Shown here one piece after another: positions 28,621 to 39,446 of a stretch of DNA of 64,000 nucleotides. Below the pieces are notes generated by a model that saw only the letters and a program-made list of their open reading frames with translations, was not told the DNA's origin and did no database searches. This stretch comes from Candidatus Latescibacterota bacterium (lineage in GTDB: Bacteria > Latescibacterota > UBA2968 > UBA8231), in the NCBI GenBank assembly GCA_965242865.1, contig CBDETK010000013.1, positions 320,001 through 384,000 on the forward strand, given 5' to 3'. The number at the start of each line of letters is the position of its first letter. Within the stretch, counting starts at the first letter, position 1. A program made the position numbers and the translations under genes.

Positions 28621-30600
28621 ATGTACAGCATTGCCCTGATCGCGCTTGCGCTGTGCTCCGCGGCGGAAGCGCAAATATCGCGGTGGCAAATCGGCGGGGC
28701 CGGGTTGGCGTGGGAAAAAAGCGACACCACGCGGGTCATCATGGACGTCAGCGCCGAGCGCATCCGGCCGGTGTATTTTGCCGCTGGCGACAACATGTTC
28801 CTGTCGGTAGCGGGTTGGTCCGAGCTGATCGCCCCGCGCGAGTTGGGGTACATCAACGGGCATCAGCCGCGGTTGTGGTACGGCGACGGTACGAACGTCA
28901 ATCAGACTTCGTACTACGACAGCCCGCTCTACGTGGATGGGTTGCGGAGCACGTACAACACGGCCCGCGACGGCTGGTGGACCATAGACATCGGCGTCCC
29001 GGTGCCGGCCACGCGCTTTGGGTTTGCCACGCCGACCGAGGGGATTCGCTCCGACGGCGTACCGCTCAACCAAGACCCGGTGCCGGCCTTTGAGGTGAGC
29101 ATGGCCGCTGAGGCGAGCGACATCCTCGCGCAAAAGGGCTATCACCGCTTGAACACCCTCATCGCGGACGTGCCGGTCAACTTCGATTCAGAGGTCGCGC
29201 TCGATTTTCCCCGCCAATACGTGCGCTTTGTGCGCTACCAGCGCAAAGCATCCGCGCTCGACGAGCAGCGCACCACCGACAGCAACACCGTGCGCGGCAC
29301 CATCGCCGAGTTTGTGCTCACCGGCCGCGGCGTCCCCAAGCGGGCCATTTACCGAAGCAAAATCCTCGACTTGGGGGCCGAGGTCAATTTTGGCCGCTTG
29401 GCGTGGGCCGCCCGCGCTCGGCGGATGGTCGGCCCAGAGGCCGTGGCCGCGCCAGACGCCGCGGCGTGGGTGGAGGTGGAGGTGCGAACCGGCCGCGACA
29501 GCGACCCCAATATCTACTATGAATACACGGATTCGGGCCGGGAGTTTGCGGTGACCCGCGTGCGCTACGAAGGCGAATTGCGCCAGCCCGAGACCGAGGG
29601 AATCCTGCAAATTGACCGCCAGCCCGGCATCCGCGCTTCCATTGGGTACGACCGGGAGAACTGGTCTTTTTGGTCCAGCCCGATCGCAGAATCCGGCACG
29701 TGGCTCGACTTGCGCAACGGCTCGCATTTGCAGGTCCAAATCACCCTGCAAAGCCGGGCTTTTGACGACTGGGTGGAGCTCGATTCGCTGTGGATCGAAA
29801 CCTCGCCGCCGCTGGCCGCTCAGATCGTGGGCGAGATTGCCCGCGCCGCCGACATGCAGCCGGCCCTCGGGTTTGTCCAAGTTGAGTTGGGTACGCGGGA
29901 GACGTTTGTGTACGATGTGCGCGCTTCGTTTGCCAACGCCGCGGAAGGGGGCTTTGACCGGGTGCGGATCCACACGGGTATTGCGCCCGAGTTTGTGCGC
30001 TTGGAAATGGGCGACCCGCTCTCGGCCGTCGAGCCGCTCGCCGCAGTCGCCAACGACGCCAGCTTGGAGGTGCTGCTGCCGCAAAAGGTAACGGCCGAGT
30101 CCAACGAGCCGTTGCGCCTAGTCTTTGCCGCGGAGATTTTTGCGCGGGCGACGACCTTTACCGGCGAGGTCTCGACCGAGGACGACAGGCGCCTGCCGCA
30201 GCCGATCGAGCCGGGCGACGCCAGCGACGCGGTCTCCACCAATAGTCTGCGGGTGCTCGGCACGGCGGCCTCGGCCTCAGAGGTCGTCCGGCGCGTGCGC
30301 TTGTCGAGCGGGGTCGTCACGCCCAACGGCGACGGGGTCAACGACCGCGTAGATCTAGCGTACTCGCTCTTTCTCCTGCCCGCGCCCGTGCCGGTGGTGC
30401 TCGCGGTGTACGATTTGGCAGGCAACCGGCGCGCCCACGTGGCGGTCGGGCTGCAGGGCACTGGGCCGCAGCGGGCCTTTTGGGACGGCCGCGACGAGCA
30501 GGGGGTGCTCCTGCCGCCGGGCCTGTACTTATTGGAGCTGACGCTGGCTACCGAGGCCGAGCGCGGGCGCACCGTACAGCCCGTTGGCTTGGCCTATTGA
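28621..30600 (+). CDS. Secreted protein with C-terminal FlgD Ig-like domain
   Basis: Signal peptide; TPNGDGVND...WDGRDEQG..LPPGLY tail. Confidence 0.75.
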   Translation: MYSIALIALALCSAAEAQISRWQIGGAGLAWEKSDTTRVIMDVSAERIRPVYFAAGDNMFLSVAGWSELIAPRELGYINGHQPRLWYGDGTNVNQTSYYDSPLYVDGLRSTYNTARDGWWTIDIGVPVPATRFGFATPTEGIRSDGVPLNQDPVPAFEVSMAAEASDILAQKGYHRLNTLIADVPVNFDSEVALDFPRQYVRFVRYQRKASALDEQRTTDSNTVRGTIAEFVLTGRGVPKRAIYRSKILDLGAEVNFGRLAWAARARRMVGPEAVAAPDAAAWVEVEVRTGRDSDPNIYYEYTDSGREFAVTRVRYEGELRQPETEGILQIDRQPGIRASIGYDRENWSFWSSPIAESGTWLDLRNGSHLQVQITLQSRAFDDWVELDSLWIETSPPLAAQIVGEIARAADMQPALGFVQVELGTRETFVYDVRASFANAAEGGFDRVRIHTGIAPEFVRLEMGDPLSAVEPLAAVANDASLEVLLPQKVTAESNEPLRLVFAAEIFARATTFTGEVSTEDDRRLPQPIEPGDASDAVSTNSLRVLGTAASASEVVRRVRLSSGVVTPNGDGVNDRVDLAYSLFLLPAPVPVVLAVYDLAGNRRAHVAVGLQGTGPQRAFWDGRDEQGVLLPPGLYLLELTLATEAERGRTVQPVGLAY

Positions 30601-30611
30601 GCACGCGACGC

Positions 30612-32945
30612 ATGGCGGTCTTTCTCTTCTGCGCGATTTTCTGGGGCAGCCCCCTCGCGGCCGAGGTCTTTACCTTTGACAGCACCGAAAAGTGGCAGAC
30701 TTGGCAGCTCCCGCAGGGGCTGGTGCAGCTCGGCCCCTCTGGGCATCTAGCGTTGGTCAAGTTCCGCAAGGACATCGATCCCGTCGGCAATGCGGGTGAA
30801 TTTTTCCACGATACCATGGAGCGCCAAGCCGTGCAGGGCGGCATCTTTCGGGCGGGGTCCAATCCAAGCGACGCCTTTAAGATCATCGACAGCGACGCCA
30901 ACACGTTTTGGCGGCCCGACCCGGCCGATCCGCTGGCCAAGTGGGAGGTCGAGATCGACTTGGGCCGGGCGGTGTTGGCCCAAGAGCTGCGCTTGCGCTT
31001 CCCCAACCAAGAAGGTGCCCGCCCCTTGCGGCAGTTTACCGTGTATGTGTCCACCGGGGCGACGATCGATCCCCGGAAGGATTTGTTCCGCTTTGAGTCC
31101 GTGTATCAGACGACCTTGCCCAACGAGGCGACCGAGCTCCGCATCGGGCTGAGCGGGCGCAACGACACCACGCGGGTCTTAGACCCCGGCTTGGATGTGG
31201 TGCTGGCGGACGCGGCGCGCTTCCGGGTCGTCCAGTACATCCGCATTGGCGTCGATGAGCAGAGTGCGGACGCGGCCCTCGCCGAGGTCGAGATCCGCGC
31301 GGTCGGCGACAACCTCAGCCTCGGGGTCGTAGAGCGCGGTGGGGGATTTGCAACCGGCCTAGTGGTGCGCGACGTGGTGGGCTTGGTCGACGGCGACATG
31401 AATACTTACGCCAACAAGTTCACTACCTATCGAGCCACCTCTGGCTGGCGCAACGAAGGGCTGTGGTGGGAGCTGGATCTGGGGGCCCAGTTCTGGATTG
31501 ACGAGATCTTCCTCTACTTCAACGACCGGGGCGAAGGGGCTTCCGGCTCTTCGGTGCGCAACGGGGGCACGGGATTCGCCTTTTTGGTCTCGGACGGTCG
31601 GCGCACGACCGCGGGCGAGGTGGACTACGATCGGCTGGTGGCCCACGGCAACGAGCAAAACCCCGCGGTCACGCCAGAGCGGCACTATCGCTACCTGTTC
31701 GAGCCGCGCAAGGTGCGCTACCTATTCTGGCACGGCTTTCTCACCGAGCAAGAGTGGCACGCGCGCCCGGCCGAGCTGATGCTTTTTTCGCCCGGCTACC
31801 CGGCGCAAGTAGTGCTGCGCTCGGGCTTTATCGACTTGGGCCAGATCGTCGGCGACGGCCGCCCCAAGGCCATTCGGAACCTGTCGTGGGATGCGGATTT
31901 GCCCGCGGGCACGCGGATGCAACTGCGCTCTCGCTCGGGCGCGGTGCTCAGCGAGGAGTACGCGTATCACAACAAGATCGGCGAGGCGGTCACCGAAGAG
32001 AAGTGGCTCAGCTCGCCCAAGGTGTTGCGCGGTCGCGTGGATACTACGCTGGTCGTCGGCGAGGATTGGGGCGCGTGGAGCAATGTTTATCAGCTTTCGG
32101 GCGAAGCCTTCCAGTCGGATAGCCCGCGCCGCTTTGTCCAGCTAGAGGCCCTGCTGTCAACCGAAGACCCGCGGGTGGCACCCGTGCTGCGCTCCCTATC
32201 CATCGAGTTTGAGGACGCCTTGGTGACCGAGGCCAAGGGCCAGATCTGGCCGCGCCAAGCCCAGCCCAACGAGGACACGCGCTTTACCTATACGCTGTGG
32301 CCGGCCGCCAGCGCGGACGACAGCGGCTTTGACCAACTGCGGCTCATCGCCCCCGGCGGCTGGCTGGAGGCCACAGCGGTGGAGGTGGACCTCGCTGGCG
32401 AGCCCATCGTCCCAGCCGAGATCGCGCAGCGGGGCGACTCGCTCTGGGTGACTCTGGGCCGGCGCGTCGGCAGCGACTCGCTCGCGGTCCATTTCACCGC
32501 CCGCCTGTGGCGCAATGCCGCGGTCTTCAGCGCGGAGCTGGGCCACCAAGACCGGCCGGGCCTTTGGCAGTCGGTGGAGGCCGCTTTTCGGCGCGCCAAC
32601 GTGGTGCTCCTGCCGGCCCTAGCGGGTAGCGACCGACTCATCGGCGACTTGGAGGTGTCTCCGGTCGCCTTCACGCCCAACGGCGATGGCATCCACGATC
32701 AGCTGCATATCCGGTTCGTGGTTTTTAAGGTCGCCGACGCCATGCCGCAGGTGCGGATCTTCGACTTGGCGGGGCGGGTGGTGGTTGAGTTGGCCGGAAT
32801 GAGCGGCGACGTTGCCGCCTACACCTGGTCCGGGCGCGATGCCCAAGGAGCACTGGTGCCTCCGGGGCTGTACTTGTGCCACATCGATCTCGGGGCCGCG
32901 GCCGGCGAGGACATGGCAGTGCGCTCGGTCGCGGTCATCTACTAA
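30612..32945 (+). CDS. Secreted protein with discoidin-like segments and C-terminal FlgD Ig-like domain
   Basis: Signal peptide; IDSDANTFW...EIDLG; FTPNGDGIHD...WSGRD..G..VPPGLY. Confidence 0.75.
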   Translation: MAVFLFCAIFWGSPLAAEVFTFDSTEKWQTWQLPQGLVQLGPSGHLALVKFRKDIDPVGNAGEFFHDTMERQAVQGGIFRAGSNPSDAFKIIDSDANTFWRPDPADPLAKWEVEIDLGRAVLAQELRLRFPNQEGARPLRQFTVYVSTGATIDPRKDLFRFESVYQTTLPNEATELRIGLSGRNDTTRVLDPGLDVVLADAARFRVVQYIRIGVDEQSADAALAEVEIRAVGDNLSLGVVERGGGFATGLVVRDVVGLVDGDMNTYANKFTTYRATSGWRNEGLWWELDLGAQFWIDEIFLYFNDRGEGASGSSVRNGGTGFAFLVSDGRRTTAGEVDYDRLVAHGNEQNPAVTPERHYRYLFEPRKVRYLFWHGFLTEQEWHARPAELMLFSPGYPAQVVLRSGFIDLGQIVGDGRPKAIRNLSWDADLPAGTRMQLRSRSGAVLSEEYAYHNKIGEAVTEEKWLSSPKVLRGRVDTTLVVGEDWGAWSNVYQLSGEAFQSDSPRRFVQLEALLSTEDPRVAPVLRSLSIEFEDALVTEAKGQIWPRQAQPNEDTRFTYTLWPAASADDSGFDQLRLIAPGGWLEATAVEVDLAGEPIVPAEIAQRGDSLWVTLGRRVGSDSLAVHFTARLWRNAAVFSAELGHQDRPGLWQSVEAAFRRANVVLLPALAGSDRLIGDLEVSPVAFTPNGDGIHDQLHIRFVVFKVADAMPQVRIFDLAGRVVVELAGMSGDVAAYTWSGRDAQGALVPPGLYLCHIDLGAAAGEDMAVRSVAVIY

Positions 32946-32963
32946 TGCCGTCGCGTCCGTAGC

Positions 32964-34337
32964 CTACGACCAATTCTTGGGCCAGCCAAAGTGCGCGTTG
33001 ATATCTTCCACGTACTTCATCGGCTCATTCGGTTCAATATTAAACAGCGCGTCCAGCACCTCCAGCCCGTGCTCGTAAGACTTTGTCTCTTTGCTTTCGA
33101 GTACGCCAAACAGCATCATGGATTTATCGCCCGACGAGACCGCTTCGAGGGTGCGCTCCATGTCGAGCCAATCGGGATAGATGCACTCCAGCATGATTTT
33201 CTTGGGCAACGGCGGTACGCGCAAAGGCTGAATGCCCTTCTTATTTACAATCGCGGGGACTTCTACCGCCACGTCGTCGGGAATGCCCGGCAAAGCGCCG
33301 CCATTGGGCACGTTCACCTGAAACTGACCTTCCACATTGTTGAGCAGCCCATTTATAATGGGAATGTGCTGTTCGGGCGTCATGCGATCGCCAAACAGAT
33401 CGATCGGTCGCATGTTCTCGTCGTAGGCCGCGGCCTTCATCTGCTCGTATTTTTTTGCCTTGCTCGCTAGCACTCCGTCGCGCCCGGCGGGCGTGTCTTT
33501 GCCGCCCTTGGGATCGTACCAGTATTTCCGCGCCGCCAAATCCGTGTGATACCACCAGCCGCCCCGCCGCGGCGTATCGCCAATGGGCATTAGGCCGTAC
33601 ATCTTGTATTGGTGAATGGCCGCGCGCGACATCTGCGTGGGGATTGCTTTGCCGGCTCGGGTCCGCTGCTCCCAATACGCCTCGCTCTCCTCGGCGATCC
33701 ACTGATCCAGCCTTGGATACACGTCTTCGTTTTCATAGATGAAATCCGTCAACCAGATGTTGTGATTCAACCCCGGCGCTTGCCACGTCACGGCCGCGGA
33801 ATCTAAGCCGAGGGTGCGCGCCACCTCCGCATAGCCGTAGTGCCCGTGACACAAACCACACACCTTAATCGGCGTCTCCCGGGTCAGCAGCGTCGTTCCG
33901 GCAAAGACCGGATTGCCGGCCAGCAAAATCCACGCGGCCGGACACAGCTTCTCCATGTCCCTTGCCACATTTAGCATCAGTTGCAGATTGTGGTATTCGG
34001 GCATCCCGGTTCGGTCGTAAAAGTAACCGAGTTTGGCCGTCATTTTGCGCCGGCGCTGCATGAAATACTCGTTATGCGTCACCGTGGCTGTATTGATCAC
34101 AAAATCGGCGTCTTTTAGCGCGGCTTCCCGATCCGTGGTTTTCGCAAACGTCATGTCTGCGCCCAAATCTTCGGCATACCGCCGCCCGAGTTTGCAAACG
34201 ACATCGAGCACTTCCTCGTTGATGTCCATAAAGCAAACGTGGCTGCCGTTCAACTCCTTGGTCAGGCACAAATCCTTCACTAGGCCGAGCGAAAACACCA
34301 CGCTGCCCGCGCCAAAAATCGTCACCTTATTGGCCAT
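32964..34337 (-). CDS. GH4 NAD-dependent alpha-glycosidase
   Basis: GAGSVVF, ADFVINT, NPV, GLCHG, GLNH, NVPN.G, VEVPA. Confidence 0.9.
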   Translation of the reverse strand: MANKVTIFGAGSVVFSLGLVKDLCLTKELNGSHVCFMDINEEVLDVVCKLGRRYAEDLGADMTFAKTTDREAALKDADFVINTATVTHNEYFMQRRRKMTAKLGYFYDRTGMPEYHNLQLMLNVARDMEKLCPAAWILLAGNPVFAGTTLLTRETPIKVCGLCHGHYGYAEVARTLGLDSAAVTWQAPGLNHNIWLTDFIYENEDVYPRLDQWIAEESEAYWEQRTRAGKAIPTQMSRAAIHQYKMYGLMPIGDTPRRGGWWYHTDLAARKYWYDPKGGKDTPAGRDGVLASKAKKYEQMKAAAYDENMRPIDLFGDRMTPEQHIPIINGLLNNVEGQFQVNVPNGGALPGIPDDVAVEVPAIVNKKGIQPLRVPPLPKKIMLECIYPDWLDMERTLEAVSSGDKSMMLFGVLESKETKSYEHGLEVLDALFNIEPNEPMKYVEDINAHFGWPKNWS

Positions 34338-34374
34338 GGTTCCCTCCTTAAAAAAAGATCAAAGGACTCGAAAT

Positions 34375-35217
34375 CTACGCTCGCGCCGCCTGTGTGATCG
34401 GAGCGATTGACAGCTCCAAGACGGGCCGGTCCAATCGCGCGTGATAGGGCGGTTCGAGGACTTTGCGCTGCTCGTCGGTCATTAGGGCGAGCATGTCTGC
34501 GGCCCAGTCGTGGGCCACATAAGCGAGATTGCCCGGCGAGAAGCGGAACAGCGCGGTGCGGCGGTCGTGGTCGGCGGTCCAAGGCAAAGTCCCGTGTGTG
34601 GTGGCCTCGGTGAATAGGACGCAGTCGCCGGCGTTGCAGGTAATCTGCTTAATGAGCTCGCGATGCGCCTCGCCTCGGCGGAGTGCCAGCGGGCAGGGAT
34701 AGTTGCCCTTGTGGCTGCCTGGGATTACGCACAAGCCCCCGTCGCCCGCGCGGACATCCGCGAGCTGATAGGCGGCTACGGTCAGGCCGTTGTGCATTTT
34801 GCCGTCTTTGAAGATGTAGTACTGGTGGCGATCAAACCCGGGACCGGACGATCCGTGCAGCAGGTGCCCTTCGGCCCCTTTACGCATGGTGATGATGCCG
34901 AGATTGTGGTCGAGGCGAAAGCCCGTGCCCAACATCTCGTGTAGATAGGGCACCACCTTGGGGTTGACCAGCATGTCGCGGAAGGGGCGGCCATAAGGGT
35001 CGGGCCATGCGAGTGCGCCGCCGAGATCGCCGCGCCCGGTGCTCCCTTCGAGTGCCTTGGAGCCTGCCGATAGCGACAGCTCGCCGGTGCGCTCGTGGAT
35101 TTGATCGGCATGGCGGTCAATAGCCTCGTTGGCCAGCGCGAGGTCCTCGGGCGACAAGACGTTGGGAACGACTAGGTAGCCGTTGAGGTCGAAGAAATAC
35201 TTTTCGTCTTGGTTCAT
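34375..35217 (-). CDS. Phytanoyl-CoA dioxygenase (PhyH)-like protein
   Basis: FDLNGYLVV, GGLCVIPGSHK, HGTLPW...RR. Confidence 0.8.
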   Translation of the reverse strand: MNQDEKYFFDLNGYLVVPNVLSPEDLALANEAIDRHADQIHERTGELSLSAGSKALEGSTGRGDLGGALAWPDPYGRPFRDMLVNPKVVPYLHEMLGTGFRLDHNLGIITMRKGAEGHLLHGSSGPGFDRHQYYIFKDGKMHNGLTVAAYQLADVRAGDGGLCVIPGSHKGNYPCPLALRRGEAHRELIKQITCNAGDCVLFTEATTHGTLPWTADHDRRTALFRFSPGNLAYVAHDWAADMLALMTDEQRKVLEPPYHARLDRPVLELSIAPITQAARA

Positions 35218-35566
35218 TTCGCGTTCTCTTTATAAAGGCCGTTGTCCTCGTGGGCGACGAGGATGCACGGCGTTGAAGTCGCAATTTCGCTGCCGGTGAT
35301 GGGCATGGGCAGGCCCGGGGAGACTACAAGTGGGTCTAGTATAGCAGTACGCAATGGCTTGGGCAACCGAGCAGTGGGAGGTTTATGGACGCGGGGATGG
35401 CGGCCTTTAACCTGCTGGCGCAGTAGCACGGATTGCAACTCGAGGAAAACGAATTCGCCGCGTTGTCTATCGCTGAATTCGGCTTGTAAACTAGTGCCAT
35501 TAGTTATTTATTCTTTTACCACGCAAAATCCAACCGCATCTCAGCATTTGACCTAGGAGATTCCCC

Positions 35567-36655
35567 ATGCCCAAGCTCTTCGGCCGCAACTTCACCCGCC
35601 GCCAACTGCTCAATCGCGTCGGCGACATCAGCCAGCTTATGTACGCGCGCCGCGCCGAGCGCCGCGAAGGCTTTGAGCGCGGCGCGGACCTCATTGACGT
35701 GTTCAACGCTTCGGGCTTGGGGTTTTCCGTCTTGCCCGGCCGCGCCCTCGACATTGCCTCGGCCCACTACAAGGGCCAGTCGCTGTGCTTCCGCTCCGGC
35801 CCCGGCGACGTCGGGCCGGCCTTCTACGAGCCAGAGGGCTTCAAATGGGGACGCGGCTGGTTCGGTGGGCTCGTAACCTCTTGCGGCCTCGACTTTGTCG
35901 GCCACCCCGAAGTTGATCCCGAAGAGGAAAACGCCGAAATGCCGCTCCACGGGCGTCTCTCGTACATACCGGCCAAGAACGTCGGCATTGAGGCCGGCTG
36001 GGAGGGCGGCGATTACGTCGTGCGCATCCGCGGCCAAATGCGCCAAGCTGAGGTCTTTGCCGAAAACTTAGAGCTGTCGCGCGAGATCTCGACCGTGCTC
36101 GGCCAGCGGAGCATCCACATCCGCGACCGCATCGAAAACCTCGCGGCCGACCGCTCGCCGCTGATGTTCGTGTATCACTGCAACCCCGGCTTCCCCCTCC
36201 TCGACGAAGGGACCCGCCTCGTCCTCCACAGCCGCACGAGCACCGAGTGGATCGACGACCGCCCCGTCGGCCCAGAGGACTACGCCGTGGCCAAGGGGCC
36301 GCAACCGCGGGCCCACGACGATGTGTACGTGCATCGGCCCCGCACCGACCGCCAAGGGCGCGTCCACATCGGCCTCCTCAACGACGAGCTGGGCTTGGGC
36401 TTGTATTGGCGGTTCAAGCACAGCGAGATTCCCATCGTCAACCACTGGCAGCACTTCCACAAAGGGACTTACGTCACTGGGATTGAGCCGGGCAACTGCT
36501 CGGTGCTCGGCCGCGCTTGGAACCGCAAGCACGGGACTTTGCAGTACATCGAGCCGGGCGAGGTGCGCGAGTTCAACATGGAAATCGGCGTGTTAGACGG
36601 GGCGGATGAGCTGCGCGACTTTGAGCGCAAGGTCGAGCGGGGACTGGCCAAGTAG
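35567..36655 (+). CDS. DUF4432/aldose 1-epimerase-like protein
   Basis: LPGRALDI, FGGL..CGL..G.P, LHGR, YHCN.G.P, GIEP. Confidence 0.85.
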   Translation: MPKLFGRNFTRRQLLNRVGDISQLMYARRAERREGFERGADLIDVFNASGLGFSVLPGRALDIASAHYKGQSLCFRSGPGDVGPAFYEPEGFKWGRGWFGGLVTSCGLDFVGHPEVDPEEENAEMPLHGRLSYIPAKNVGIEAGWEGGDYVVRIRGQMRQAEVFAENLELSREISTVLGQRSIHIRDRIENLAADRSPLMFVYHCNPGFPLLDEGTRLVLHSRTSTEWIDDRPVGPEDYAVAKGPQPRAHDDVYVHRPRTDRQGRVHIGLLNDELGLGLYWRFKHSEIPIVNHWQHFHKGTYVTGIEPGNCSVLGRAWNRKHGTLQYIEPGEVREFNMEIGVLDGADELRDFERKVERGLAK

Positions 36656-36699
36656 GGGGGCTGGAACGGCCGCGAGAGCCGGACTTTGAGAACAAAAAT

Positions 36700-36775
<76 letters not shown>

Positions 36776-36808
36776 TCACCTTCAAATTATACGCCTTAGG
36801 GTGTTCCT

Positions 36809-38563
36809 TTACAAATGCTGGGCCATTCGCCGCGCCAAGTCGCCGCGCGTTATGGGATCGCGGCCTGCCAAGTCCGGCGACAGGCCCGCGGCCCGCAGGT
36901 GCTCGGCCGGCGCGTCGGCCAAGGCGTCTGGGTCGAAACGCAAATGATCGGCTCGGCCCGGCCATATCCCCGCCACCGCCAGCCTCTGCACGGCCGCAAA
37001 GGCCGGATGCCCCAGCGGCACGTCCTCATACCAATACAGCGGCACCCCGGCCGCCAGCAAGGTCTGCTGGTACTGGCGGCACACCGCCACGCTGTGGCAC
37101 ACCGCCGCTGGAGTTCGCCGCTGGCCGAGGCAAAAAGCCGCCAGAGCACCTGCGGCCTCGCCGATGTTCCACTCCACCGGATGCAGGCGGTAGCAGCCAT
37201 TGGTGATGTGCGTAGTGCCGATGTTTTTGCCGGCCGCTAGCAGGTTGTCCAAGTGCCGCGACACGAGCGCGCCCAGCGGGATCTGGAAGGGCTTGGTCGG
37301 CGCGGTATGCACCACGTCAGTCGCTTGGCCGTGGAGGTCGATGGCGTACCAGCCCACGCCGACGCTGTCGCCAAAAGCGGCGGCCCGCGCCTTGGGCTGG
37401 TGCGAGGCGGCCACCTCTTGCTCGACAATGGTCTTGCGCGCCTCTAAGCGCCGGGATTCGCGGATGTACGGGTGCTGGGCGAAGCCGTCGGCGGTTCCCA
37501 TGATGTCGGGGCGCAGCCGCAGTTCGGGATAGCCGTGGCCGCGCCCGTCGTCGCGCGGCACCTCGGTTTGCAGCCAGTACAGCAAGCCCAAGCTCAGTTC
37601 CTTGGCCGCGGCTATCTGCTGCGCTTGCTCGGCCGGTGCCACGTCGATGAGGATGCCGCCGGTGTAGTCGTTGCCCGGCCAGTTGATTAACGCCACGTCC
37701 CCAGGCACTTGCCCCGCGGCGAACTGATCGGCGCACAACAAGCGGCGATAGGCCCAAAAGGAGCCGGGCAGGTCGCCAGCGGTCTCAAAAAATCGGTACG
37801 TGCGCGCGCCGCGGGCGTACTGCAAGGTCAAGGTAAAGGGCTGCTGGGCGCGGTGGCGCTCGTAGTTGGGCGGGCGGGGAATGGTGTGATCTCGACCCGG
37901 GCAGAAATCGACCGCAAACGGGCAGGTAAAAGACTGGGGCAAATGCGGCGCGGGGCCGGCCGTGCGGGCGTGCGGCTCGCCGGTTTGGTCGCGGCTTTCA
38001 GCGCCTGAGACGTAAGGGACGGGCAGCAGGGGCAGCAGGTCGCCGAGCTCGGTGGCGTCGAGCACATACGCGGGAACAAAGCGCAATACGTGCGTCCCCC
38101 CCTCTTGGACGACGTCCACGGTGCGGATGGACTGGCCTTGGACGTGGGCCGCCGCCGCCCGGGCGCGGTAAAAGAGGGTCAAGCGGCCGGCCTCGACTTG
38201 GGGGAGGACTAGGGACAGCAGGGCCGTTAGGCCGGCGCGCGGCTCAAAGCACAGGGCCGAGACCCAGCCAGCGCCGGGGTTGAAGTGCGGGTCGTCTGGG
38301 TTTTTCAGTTGGTATTTGCGGCGATAGTACGCGCGGATGCCGGCGCGGAATTCATCGTAGAGGGCCGTGCCGCCAAAGTGCTCAATGTGCGGATGCTCGT
38401 CTAAGGCGGCTACGCCTTGGCTGGTGGCTTGGCCGCCAATCCACGGGTTCTCTTCGGTCAGGCAGACTCGATAGCCCAAGCGGGCGGCGCGCACGGCCGC
38501 GGCCACGCCCCCCAAGCCGCCGCCCAAGACCAAGACATCGCATTCAATGGTGCGGGTTTCCAC
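36809..38563 (-). CDS. FAD-dependent oxidoreductase (PF12831-like)
   Basis: DVLVLGGGLGG, DATELGDL, PYIRESRR, FQIPLGAL, YRLHPVEW; start at GTG 38563. Confidence 0.85.
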   Translation of the reverse strand: METRTIECDVLVLGGGLGGVAAAVRAARLGYRVCLTEENPWIGGQATSQGVAALDEHPHIEHFGGTALYDEFRAGIRAYYRRKYQLKNPDDPHFNPGAGWVSALCFEPRAGLTALLSLVLPQVEAGRLTLFYRARAAAAHVQGQSIRTVDVVQEGGTHVLRFVPAYVLDATELGDLLPLLPVPYVSGAESRDQTGEPHARTAGPAPHLPQSFTCPFAVDFCPGRDHTIPRPPNYERHRAQQPFTLTLQYARGARTYRFFETAGDLPGSFWAYRRLLCADQFAAGQVPGDVALINWPGNDYTGGILIDVAPAEQAQQIAAAKELSLGLLYWLQTEVPRDDGRGHGYPELRLRPDIMGTADGFAQHPYIRESRRLEARKTIVEQEVAASHQPKARAAAFGDSVGVGWYAIDLHGQATDVVHTAPTKPFQIPLGALVSRHLDNLLAAGKNIGTTHITNGCYRLHPVEWNIGEAAGALAAFCLGQRRTPAAVCHSVAVCRQYQQTLLAAGVPLYWYEDVPLGHPAFAAVQRLAVAGIWPGRADHLRFDPDALADAPAEHLRAAGLSPDLAGRDPITRGDLARRMAQHL

Positions 38564-38564
38564 G

Positions 38565-39410
38565 TCATCTAAGTCCGGCTTGCTTCCACACGCGGCCCAA
38601 CGCGGCGGCCGTAGCCGCCACCGCTTCTTCCCGCTCCAGGGCGCGCACTCGCTGGCTGAACGGCTCGACCATGACCGGGCCGTCGTAGCCAATGTGCTGT
38701 AAGGTGCAGAGGAACGCCTCCATGTCGATTACGCCGGTTGCCCCGGGCAAGTCGCGCACATGGTCGAGCTGATCGTCAATTTCCACGCCGGCCGGTGCGT
38801 CGTTGACGTGAACATCCACCACTTGCTGAGCACTCAAGCGGCGCACATCCGCTGCGGTTTCGCCGGCCGTGTACCAATGCCAGCTATCGAGCAGCAAGCC
38901 CACATTCTCGCCTACGGCTCGGCCCAGCTCCACCATTTGCTCCATCGTGTGGACAAACTCGTATTGCTTGCTCGCCCACGACGTTTTCGGCGCGACGTAT
39001 TCCAAGCCCAACCACACGCCTTCGCCGGCGAGCACGGCCGCGGCCGGTCGCAACCGCTCGACGTGAAAGGCGAAATTTTCTTGGTAGGTCAGCTCGTCCG
39101 AGGCTGGCATGATCCAAGTCGCCGTCCGCCGCACCCCCAAGGCCGCGGCCACCTTGGCCAAGCCCGGCAACTGGGCCAAGCCCGCTTGGTATGCGGCCTC
39201 CTCCCCGCGAAAATTGACGGGGAATCCCCACGCCGACAGGCGCACGCCCTTGCGCTCGGCCAATGCGAGGGCCTCTTCCGCGCCCATGGCCGCGACTTCG
39301 CCGATGTTAAAGTGATACCCGGCGAACCCGTGCCGTGCGGCCAAGTCAAGCCCGTCGGCGAGGTTTTCTACGCTTGCGCCGATGGCCCCCGGCGATAGCG
39401 AGCGAAACAT
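38565..39410 (-). CDS. Sugar phosphate isomerase/epimerase (xylose isomerase-like TIM barrel)
   Basis: GLE, LLDSWH, VHVND, R.LPG.G, EPF. Confidence 0.85.
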   Translation of the reverse strand: MFRSLSPGAIGASVENLADGLDLAARHGFAGYHFNIGEVAAMGAEEALALAERKGVRLSAWGFPVNFRGEEAAYQAGLAQLPGLAKVAAALGVRRTATWIMPASDELTYQENFAFHVERLRPAAAVLAGEGVWLGLEYVAPKTSWASKQYEFVHTMEQMVELGRAVGENVGLLLDSWHWYTAGETAADVRRLSAQQVVDVHVNDAPAGVEIDDQLDHVRDLPGATGVIDMEAFLCTLQHIGYDGPVMVEPFSQRVRALEREEAVAATAAALGRVWKQAGLR

Positions 39411-39446
39411 AGCTTCTCCTTTGCGTTGATTGGTGGCGAGCGATTT

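Noticed and set aside
35218-35566. Short ORFs in the PhyH/DUF4432 intergenic region
   Set aside because: No recognisable motif or RBS; probably a divergent promoter region or a decayed fragment
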